Shown: positions 47,975-58,563 of the stretch, piece by piece
How positions within the stretch are numbered: the first letter of the stretch is position 1
Layout of the letters: each line of letters opens with the position of its first letter
Source: Azolla caroliniana
Lineage: Eukaryota > Plantae > Polypodiophyta
Direction of reading: 5' to 3'
Assembly (NCBI GenBank): GCA_043228905.1
Contig: JBHGNT010000001.1
Coordinates: 21,886,001 to 21,950,000 of the forward strand
Length of the DNA stretch: 64,000 nt
Position numbers and translations under genes: made by a program
The notes under the pieces: model-generated
Database searches by the model: none
Told to the model about the DNA's origin: nothing
Seen by the model: the letters and a program-made list of their open reading frames with translations, nothing else

Positions 47975-50900
47975 GATGCTTTTTAAACAATAATAAACCA
48001 TCATGATATTCGAATTGTTGGTAGTCCATACTTGGTTGTTGAGACTGGGAACAGGATGCCCGAGAGGCATCAATTCGCGCTAGAATGGCTTCAGCAAAAC
48101 TATTTGTCTTCAAGTTGGCACGTATGGCATCGATAATCCGGGAATCCAGTGGAGTGTGAAAAATCCGCGTTCTGTGCAAACGTGTTGGTCCCAAGATTAC
48201 CTGCTTTTGATTATCAAATGCTGGATCACCCGGACGAGGTGCAAGATATGAACATCGCGATAGTGCATCTACTTTTCCTTGCTGCTACCCCAACCGATAT
48301 GTGATTTTGAAGTCAAAACGCGTGAGGAATTGGGCCCACCGAACTTGCCGTCGATTTAGCACACGAGCGTTCTGGAAGTAAGCAAGATTTTTGTGATCAC
48401 TGAAGACGATGACCTGATGAGGAGAGCCCTCTAAGAAGTGCTGCCATTCCACAAATGAATCCACAATGGCTAATAACTCCTTGTCATGTATCTCGTAGTT
48501 AATTTCCGCGGCATCAAATTTGTGTGAGTGGAAAGCCACAGGATGTAACTTTTCTTGATCTCCTTGTTGTGAAAGGATGCTACCGAGGGTGAAATCCGAT
48601 GCGTCGGCCTCCATGATGAATGGTTTGTTTGTATCCACATGAGCTAGAATAGGAGCTGATGTAAAAACTTTCTCAAGATGCATAAAAGCCATGTCCGCTT
48701 CATTGGACCAAAGAAATGATTGTCCCTTCTTGGTAAGCTGTGTGAGAGGTAAAATAATCTTCGAGTAATCTTGTATAAACTTGCAGTAGAAGTTAGAAAA
48801 GCCTAGGAAACATTGCGCATCTAGTAACGAATGTGGAGTTTGCCACTCTAGCATAGTTTGGACTTTAGCTGGATCCATGGAGATGCCTTTTGAGGAGATG
48901 ACGCAGCCTAGAAATTCCACTTGCTTATAGTCAAAGCTACATTTTTCTAGTTTGGCATAAAGACCATGCTCTCGGAGACATTTTAGTAGTAATAGTACAT
49001 GAGAATCATGCTCTTCTTGTGTCTTCGAATAAATCAATAGATCATCTAGATAGATGATCAAACAGATATCTAAGAGATCTTTGAATATATCATTTGCCAT
49101 GTGTTGGAAGACTGTGGGCGCATTAGTTAGACCGAACGGCATAATGGTATACTCGAAGTGCCCATATTAGCTACAAAAAGCGGTCTTCCATTCGTCTCTC
49201 GGTCGGATCCGCACGAAGTTATATGCTCCTCGTAAGTCGATTTTTGTAAAAAACTTGGCACCATTTACACGTTCTAATAGACTTGATATAAGGGGAAGTG
49301 CATACCTATTCCAAATGGTGACCTTATTCAAGCCACGGTAATCAACGACGAGATAAAGGGATCCATCTTTCTTTTTGACAAAGAAAATGGGTGCACCGGC
49401 CGGAGATTTCGAATGACGAATAACCCCGCTTGCCAAATTATCTTCTATGTAGGCTCGAAGGACTTCCAATTTGGTTGGTGACAAGTTGTAAATCGTTCCC
49501 CACGGTGGCTCTGTTCCTGGTTGTAAATCGATGGGACAATCATAGGGACGAAGAGTACTAGCTCTAACCTTGTCAAATACATCGGCATAAGGATGATATT
49601 TCGTGGGAAGTTGAACTAAGGATTCCTTTTTAATAGTGCTGGAAGGATGTACTGATATTGCAAATAGAAACATTGACACCTTACGTCCTTCTTCGCGTAA
49701 TTGATGGAGCGAAATGGTCGAAACTCGATGAGTAGATTCTCGAGGTTGTCGATACCAGACTTCTCTTGTTCTCCAATCTATGTGTGGATTATGTACTTCA
49801 AACCAAGGTAATCCCAGGACAATGGGATGCTCTGGACTACTAATGATATTAAATGATACCACACACACAAAGCTATCTAGGACAACCTGAATAGGTTCTG
49901 ACTCTTCTACGATATTCCCAGAAGCAATGGGACAACCATCAATGACTATTACAAATGTGGGGAAAGGAAGTTTTCTTAAGAATATCTGAGAAGCTTGGGC
50001 AAAATTCCGATCCATGAAACAGGAATTGTCTCCGTAATCTAAAAGTGCTAAGACATGTACTGGAGGGGTACTTTTAGTACTAATCATGACTTGGGCTAAG
50101 AAGACATTGCTAACTTGCTTAGAGGGAATGGAACCACTAATGGGCTGCACAGATCTAGGGCTGTCCAACCAAACGGCTCCTATTTTGGTTGGACTTAGTC
50201 GTTTAACTCTTCCTCTAATTGACTAAGGATTTCAAATTTGTTTGAGATACTTGGGCTATCAGTACTATTAATACTATCAGACACTCCTAAGGGAATTGAC
50301 TCGGGTTTAGTACATGCTACGATTTGATTTACCTGTCTTCTTGGCCTATGGGGACAATTGATGGCGATATGCCCTAGTCCACCGTAATAAAGACATAATC
50401 GATTTGCTCGTCGTCGTTGCTTTTCTTCTTCTGATAATGGGCCACGTCGACGCATGGTGTCGATCTCCATCGACGTTAGAGTATTTGCCTGAGATACATC
50501 TCGTGCAACCGGTTTAACTGCGATTGAGGCGTATGTGGGCTCTGGCCTAGTCTGTGGCATTTGAATTGACGTTCCGAATGTCGTTCAAAAAGGCGGTTGT
50601 CACATCGGATCGCTTGACTGATTGCCTTTGTAAGAGATTTTGGTTCTTCGGGAAAGGTTAAAAGTAAATCTTTGACGTCGTTTCGCAGGCCATAGCGGAA
50701 CTGCTCCATTAGGGCTTGATCATCCAAGGGGATATCTGAGGCGAGTAGACAGAAATCCGCCGCATAGTCAGAGGCTGGACAATCGCCTTAATGCAATCGC
50801 CGGATTTTGTTGCGTCATCCTGATGCTGTCGGTATCTCCAAAGCAGGCTTTAAACTTGCTAATAAAGTCTTCAAAGTTATTAAGCAAGGGAAATTGTTTT

Positions 50901-51482
50901 TCCAAAAGCAGAACGAACTATGCCAAGACTGAGCCGCTGAGCAACGTGCCTATTAGGCCTACTCGGGATGCATCAGTGGGGTATCAAGAAGGATGCATTT
51001 GCATGACTAAGCGTACTTGATTAAGGAATCCTCTGAATTGTGAGCGTGTTCCATCGAATTTCATAGGAAGACCAATCTTGGGGTCTTTATGAATTCCTTG
51101 GGGACTTGATCCTTGTTGTTGTAACGCTATGATGGTTACTCCAAGTTGTTGTACGCGTAACGCTAACTCCCCATGTTGTTGCTACGTTTGCTGTTTTTCT
51201 AAAGCGATTTGTTGAAGATCCCCTAACAATTGTTGGTTTTCTTGTTCCAATGCAACGAATTTTTCTTTTAGACACTATAGCTCGGAAAAAACGGATTGAT
51301 ATTCCTGGGTGCTAAAAATAGCCATAGTATTGGAAAAAGGGGTAAGAGGATGAGGGAAACCGAAAAGAAGACCAAAGGGAAATTTTGGTTCAAACTGTTA
51401 GGAATAGTACTAAAACAGAGAGAGAATTAGTACTAGAGAAGGGAAGTACTATTAGTACTAAGAGGACAGACTGTGTAAAACT

Positions 51483-51486
<4 letters not shown>
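47975..51486 (-). mobile_element. Degenerate Tcn1-like chromovirus, 5' part (U5 end, gag, PR, RT, RH)
   Basis: LTR end at 51396 followed by GTTTGAACCAAAATTT; gag 50195-51325 (SMEID, knuckle); ALLDYG, KIDLRGAY, YLDDL, EADASD. Confidence 0.9.

Positions 51487-51528
<42 letters not shown>
51486..51528. repeat. (GA)n microsatellite
   Basis: About 21 perfect GA units. Confidence 0.95.
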
Positions 51529-51532
<4 letters not shown>

Positions 51533-51747
51533 ATTGTTGAGTGACAAGCTCAACATTGGGTGCGTAACACGGTGCGTAACCCAGTGTGTAGACTGGGTGC
51601 GTAAAACAGTATGCATAAGGTGGCCGTATGGGTGTGTAAACCGAAAGGCCGTTAGTATGGTATTCCTCGTAAGGAATAATTTTGGGAGTTAGTGTAGCAG
51701 GCTCATTTATGAGTAGTCAAGTACTGTGAGTACATGTGTCAGCTCGA

Positions 51748-54700
51748 TGTCAAGACTGAGAGAGAGAAAGAGAGAAAAAGAGATAGAGAGATAATTGAAA
51801 GAGAATTATTATATTGAAGCGTAAAATGGATTACAAAGAGTAGGCTACAAAATGGCGTTGAACCAATTTAGGTTTGGGATGGGTGGTAGATCCCTATTTA
51901 TAAGTAATAGAGAACACTCTAGAATATTCTAGGTTATCCTAGAATGTAGAGTAATCTAGAAGATCTCTAGAGTACTCTAGAAGGTTCTAGTGGTATAGAA
52001 CACTCTAGAATATTCTAGGTCATTCTAGAATGTAGAGTAATATAGAATATTCCTATGATATTAGATTTTATATTCTAGAGACTATACATATAAGAATATT
52101 AATACAATGGTTAAGGATTTGACATGTGTACAACAAGGTCGTGGGTTCAAATCCTTTTGAGTCATAATGTGAGTGTCATGATCCTTTCGATGCATGATGT
52201 GACTGTTATCATGACACTATCCCCCTTCTTCGACGACACGTCTCACGGGTCATAGGGTTTGTATTAGGACTTGGTTTACAAGGATATTGGCGATGAAATG
52301 CATTGACGAGTTCTGCAGCATTGGAAAGATTTGTGGCAGGTTCCCAAGTTCGATCATTGGGGGTATAGCCTAGCCAATCGACTAAGTAATACAGCTTGTT
52401 GTGCACGATTTTAGAATCGAGAACGACAACAACTTCAAATTCAGGCCTGTCCAAGAACTCGACAGGTGGTGGGGGTGTCGTAAGACGGCCCGCAATTGAA
52501 CTTGTAGTATAAGGTTCCAAAAGGGATACATGAAACACCGGATGAAGATGCATGTGCGGAGGGAGGTCAAGACGAAATGCAACATCACTTATCTTACCAG
52601 TGATCATGTAAGGGCCAAAACGTTGGTAATCCAATTTATTGCAAGGTCGAGTGGTCTTGATGTTGTGTTGGAGAAGCCATACATGATCCCCAATGCAGAA
52701 CTTTTTTGAGGAGTCTAGACGATGACGATCGGCAAGCCTCTTGTGTGTAAATTGAGCATCGTGCAAATTGTGGAGAATGTTAGCTTGAATTTCTTGGAGG
52801 CGTCTAAGACGATCCTCGGCAGCATGGTTGGTAGGAACTTCTGGATGCGCATTCATCGTCCACCGAGGATGACAACCCGTATTTGCGAAAAATGGGGAAT
52901 ATCCTGTAGAAGAATGGGCTGAGTAGTTGTAAGCGAATTCCACCAAGTGCAAAAAAGAAACCCAATCATCTTGTTGATAGTTGATGAAACAACAAAGATA
53001 TTGTTCCAATGTCTGGTTGGTACGATCTGTTTGGCCATTTGCTTCAGGATGATAGCCCGAAGAAAGCTTAACTGAAATGTGGAGAAGTTTGAACAGGTGC
53101 TTCCAAAACTTTGAGATGAATTGTGGACCACGATCACTAATAATATCATTCGGCAGACCATGATGCTTAAATACCTCCCGCATAACGAGATTAGCCGTCT
53201 CTTGACTAGTAATCGACTTTGTACATGGCAAGAAATGTGCCATTTTGGTAAATCGATCAACCACTGTGAGAATTGCATCAAAACCTTTTGAAACTGGGAG
53301 ATCAGTAATGAAGTCCAAGGATATAGACTTCCAAGGTGTTTCCGGAATGGGAAGTGGTTGTAGTAAGCCATAGGGTCGGTGACGAGGATTCTTTGATCGA
53401 CAACATATATCACAACTCCGAACATACTCCTCAACAAAATGACGAAGGTGAGGCCACCAAGCATTGAGAAATTAATTCTAGAGTCTTGTGAACTCCAAAA
53501 TGACCAGCCATTGGTGAGTCATGGCAATGTTGCAAAACTTGTAGCCGTGGGGGACCATCAGGAACATACAATAAATTTTGTCGAAATAGAAAACCATCAT
53601 GCCAATAGAACTGACAATAGTCATTACGAGGATTTTTCGACTGTGAGCAAGAAGCACGATCCGGGACAATATGATCCAAAACATCCTTTGCGAAATCATC
53701 AGTGGCCATATGATCTCGAATGGAATCAAGAAGAGTGGAATTTTCAAGAGTTGTTATGGCGTTAACTACCATTAATCGTAATCGATTAGGACCCAAAAGG
53801 ATTTGTTTTTGATGCTCAAATGTAGGTTCCCTTGGACAAAGTTCCATATAAGAGCGCTGAGAAAGAGCATCTGCTTTGCTTTGCTGCATCCCAGGGCGAT
53901 ATATGATGATAAAGTTGAAGTGAGTCAAAAATTGCGCCCACCGGGCTTGTCGCCGACTCAAGACTCAAGCATTTTGGAAATAAGTCAGGTTCTTATGATC
54001 ATTGTAGACAATGATCTGCTGAGAAGAACCTTCTAGGAAATGTCGCCATTGTTGAAACGAATCCACGATTGCAAGAAGCTCTTTGTCATGGATCTCGTAG
54101 TTGATCTCTACAACTTCAAACTTTTGTGAATATTTTGCACCACTGAGACGTTCCAAAAGATTCGGGATTAATGGTAGAGCATATCTATTTCGGATAGTCA
54201 CTTTGTTTAGCCCTCGATAATCCACGACCAACCGAAGAGTCTCATTCTTCTTCTTAATGAAGAAGATAGGTGCACCAGCAGGGGATCTAGAATGCCGAAT
54301 GAATCCGTTTGCCAGATTCTCATCAATATATTCCCGCAAAGTCTCTAGCTCTACAGGGGAGAGATTATAAATTGGGCCCCATGGAGGTTCTTTCCCTGGT
54401 TGTAAGTCAATAGGGCAGTCGTATGGCCGATGCTCCGGCAATGTATTGGCCTTCACCTTATCAAAGACATCTGAAAACTCCTCGTGTTTCTCTGGTAGTT
54501 TAATATCCGCTTCACGTGAAGTGGATGATGGAGTTGCTATTATTGCGAAGACGAACATGGCCTCGTTCCCCCCTTCCTCCCGCAACTGTCGTAAAGAGAT
54601 GGGCGATAACTCATTGTAATCCATTTTACGCTTCAATATAATAATTCTCTTTCAATTATCTCTCTATCTCTTTTTCTCTCTCTTTCTCTCTCTCAGTCTT

Positions 54701-55141
54701 GACAATTTCTTTGTAATCCATTTTACGCTTCAATATAATAATTCTCTTTCAATTATCTCTCTATGTCTTTTTCTCTCTCTTTCTCTCTCTCAATCTTGAC
54801 AGTTTGAACCAATTTTGGTTTGGGATGGGTGGTAGATCCCTATTTATAAGTAATAGAGAACACTCTAGAATATTCTAGGTTATCCTAGAATGTAGAGTAA
54901 TCTAGAAGGTTCTAGTGGTATAGAACACTCTAGAATATTCTAGGTCATTCTAGAATGTAGAGTAATATAGAATATTCCTATGATATTAGATTTTATATTC
55001 TAGAGACTATACATATAAGAATATTAATACAATGGTTAAGGATTTGACATGTGCACAACAAGGTCGTGGGTTCAAATCCTTTCGAGTCATAATGTGAGTG
55101 TCATGATCCTTTCGATGCATGATGTGACTGTTATCATGACA
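51748..55141 (-). mobile_element. Rearranged, internally deleted Tcn1-like chromovirus inserted in the Copia LTR
   Basis: 3' LTR 51748-52216, PPT 52217-52230, INT plus chromodomain 52209-53700, RT start fused to RH near 54125, gag and PR absent, 5' U3 54804-55141, imperfect TSD ctcga/cccga. Confidence 0.9.
52100..52160 (+). promoter_or_regulatory. tRNA-like A-box/B-box segment in LTR U3 (second copy 55028-55085)
   Basis: aatggttaagg...aaggtcgtgggttcaaatcc with tRNA-like spacing; no acceptor stem. Confidence 0.55.
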
Positions 55142-58100
55142 CCCGATAGTCAGGGCTTATATAAAAGGTGCTCAATGAGCATGAAGTATGTACAAAGTGT
55201 TATTATTTTGAAATAGAATTGAGTTGTTTGCTCTTTCTATTTGTCTCTCCCTCTCCCGCTCTGCGTTTTTTGTGTTTTTCCGAACTATGTACTCTGTGTT
55301 TCACATATGCTTTTGCACATAAATTCTTTTACATGGTATCAGAGCGCGAGGGTTGAAGTCCTCTACAACCAACAGAAAAGCTTGCGACAGAGACATAGTT
55401 GAGTTTTCTTGGTTTTCTCGAAAGATAAGACAACAACGTGGATAGAGGAATGGGAAGCTTGCTATCGATTGAGAAGCTCAATAGGAGCTACTACGCATCT
55501 TGGTCGTACAAGATGCACCAATACCTACTTGGTCATGGCTACTGGAGTTATGTTGAAGGAGATAATGATACAACACCTGAATCGACACATAGGGATTTTT
55601 CGGCTTGGGAAGAAGCAGCAAGCAGAATTCTCTACTGCTTTGCGTCCTGTGTGAGCGACCAGCTATTGAGCTATATTCGGGATGCCAAAACGCCAAAGGA
55701 TGTGTGGGCGAATCTCAAGAAGAGTTTTGCCGTTAGCACCACAACCAGGAAGCTTCAACTCAAGCAGGAGTTGAGTAATGTTCAACAATGAGATATGTTG
55801 GTGGCTGCTTACACCTTTGAAAAGAATGGTGTGCGGAAGCAATATAGGAAATCGAACAACAAAAAATGCAAGTTTAATGGAAAGCTTAGGTTTGCATAGT
55901 ACGCACGGGAGATACAGAGACAGAGAGTAAAACACAAGAACTTAATTCAAAACTAATACTCGATTTGTACATCATGTGTGTTCAATGAACACTTTTATAC
56001 AAGTCCTTTTCGGACTGACAAAAGTATTGAAAGTACTTCAATGCTCATTGAGGAGCCCCTACACTAACTCCCAAATATATTCCTTGCGGAATATCTTTCC
56101 GATGGCCTCCCGGTTTCCGCACCGATCCGGCCTTTTTCCGCACCGGTCTACGTACCGGTTTCCAACGGATCCAGTGCTCAGCTGGCTCAGCCGATCCGGC
56201 TGATGTTGAGCTTGTCTCTCAACACTCTCCTCAAGCTCAACTTGAGGCTCTTCGGGATCTTCCAGATCACCGCTCCGATTCCTCCTGGCTCCACGCCTCG
56301 CTCGCGCTCCTCGCGCTCCTCGACCTGTTCGACTCCGCGCACTTCGACCCTTCCGGTCGGCTTGTCTGCTCCCACGGCCCTTCACAGCTCCCTCGCTATC
56401 GGAGTGTTGGCGCTTCTCTTGCTGCCTTCTTTTCCACTTGGGCCACGGTTGATTCAGTGTATTCGAATCAAACATTCGAATTGACTCGGCTACCTCCGAT
56501 CGGTTTTCGCTCTCGTCCGAGTTGGCTGTCTCCAACTCGTCTTCGGTCTTCTCGCCCTTGGCAGCGTCATCTCCCCCATGCTTGGTTGACTTCGGCTCTT
56601 CCTTTCGACTGCTCCCTGTCTGCTCTTCCGCGGCTTTGCCCTTGGCTTCTTCAGCCGATCTGAAATCGAATTCGTCATCCGACTCGGCGTCGCGGTCTTC
56701 TCTCCCCCTTCTGTGGTCATCCGGGACATCTCTCCCCCTCAAGTTCGGCACGTCGAGGTGACGCAACCCAAGCGCACCTGAGAATTGCCGCAACTTGTCC
56801 AGTCCAAGAGGCTTGGTGAAGATGTCGGTGGACTGCCAATCCTTCGGAACATACTGAACTTTGACTTCACTGGAGAGAACACGCTCATAGACGAAATGGT
56901 AGTGCAACTCAATGTGCTTAGTCCGGGCGTGGAAAACGGGGTTCTTGGCGAGCTGGATGCTGCTGAGGTTGTCGCAGTAGATCGTCGTCGGATTGGACAC
57001 CTCGTCTTGCAGATCCTTAAGTAGCCGCTTCAACTACATGGCTTCGCATGTCGCGACAACCGTTCCTCAGTACTCAGCTTCGGTGCTCAACAATGCAACT
57101 GTCGGCTGCTTCTTATTGCTCCACGCTATCGCGGCACTCCCAAGAGAGAACGCGTATCCGGACGTGGATCGGCAATCGGTGGCGTTGCCAACCCAATCAA
57201 CATCGATGTAGCCCACCAACTGCGAGGCTATACCGGTCCGATATAGCAGTCCCCAGTCCTTAGTGCCGCTTACATACCACAATACGCGTTGGGCACACTG
57301 AAGGTGCTCCTCGGTAGGTCGCGCCATGAACTGACTGATCACCCTGACCGGATAACTGAGATCGGGTTGGGTGATTTTCAAGTAGATAAGGCTTCCGACA
57401 ATTTGTCGGAACCTCGTCGGGTTCCATACCTTTCCGGAATTGTGGCGAAGCTTGACGGTTCTATCTAGAGGAGTCGAGATGGACTTACAGTCGGCCATGC
57501 CGAATTTGAAGAGCATACTTAGCACGGAATGGCATTGGATGATCAATATGGCTTTGGGGGTATGGATCACTTCAATCCTGAGGAAGTAATGTCGAACGAT
57601 GCTGCAAGCTGGAGCTTCACGCGGTCGATTTCACCTAGGTCGGCGCCGGTGATGACCAAGTCATCAACGTATAGTAAAATACTGACCGGACCGAGTTGAC
57701 CTTTCCGGATGAACAGGGAAGAGACCGATTTTGACATTGCAAAGCCCATCCGACGCAGTTGTTGCGTGATCTTCGCGTTCTAGGCATGCGGGGCTTGCTT
57801 TAGTCCGTAAAGGGACTTCTTCAATCGGCACACTGCCAACGTGTTCGTTCTGGAGTAAAATCCGAGGGGTTGTACCATGTACACCTGTTCCTCAAGCTCA
57901 CCTTGTAGGAACGCATTCTTTACATCCATCTGATGTAGGTGCCCCCCCTTTGCCGCAGCTACCGCGAGCAAAACATGGACAGTCGTCATCTTCGCGACCG
58001 GCGCAAACGTCTGATCGTAGTTGATGCCGTGTTTTTGCGCGTAGTCTTTTGCCACTAACCGGGCCTTGTATCGAGCAGGTATTGGTGCATCTTGTAGAAC

Positions 58101-58563
58101 CAAGATGCGTAGTTGGTTCTGTCGAGCTTCTCCGTCAGTGTTGTACTTGACCTTGTACACCCACCTACATCCGATCGACTTCACACCTTTCAGTGTATCA
58201 ACTAGGTCCCAGGTTTCATTTTCCACTAATGCGCGCATCTCTTCCTCCATCGCGGCGTGCCAATTCGTGTCCTTAGCCGCTTCTGCGTAGCTCTCCGGCT
58301 CACGCATTTCCGCTACACGAGTCATGTACGCATAATGATGCGCCATGTACTCGTTGTATCCGAACCGTACAACTGGGTTCTTCTGGTGGGTAGATCGATG
58401 TAATCAGTCATTAGCCGATGTCGAGGTTTTCTCGGCCGACGCGGACTTTGTTCATGAAGACCCGCCACGGCTGCCCTCGGAGTCAGACTCGCGTCGGTCA
58501 GACTCGTTCGTATCCGTGCCGTAATCTGACACCTTCTTCTTCCCGTCTCCTTGGCTTCCTGCG

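Larger units (their letters stand above)
42285..47980 (+). pseudogene. Tcn1-like integrase zinc-binding fragment (42285-42446 plus 47899-47980) split by the Tat-type insertion
   Basis: KTLDLVRRSFWWP...CDACCRAK...PYGLLESL joins PIPSKPW.SICLDFITDL across TSD CTTAC. Confidence 0.8.
51535..55817 (+). mobile_element. Copia 5' LTR (51535-51747 plus 55147-55333), PBS and gag start; same family as 12263-18209
   Basis: TGTTGAGTGACAAGCTCAAC start; PBS TGGTATCAGAGC at 55334; gag [25 protein letters not shown]. Confidence 0.88.

Noticed and set aside
51910-52050. Dense TCTAGA palindromic subrepeats
   Set aside because: Ordinary U3 subrepeats present in both LTRs of the element.
52100-52160. Functional tRNA gene
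   Set aside because: No acceptor stem and weak arm pairing; kept only as a tRNA-like promoter segment.
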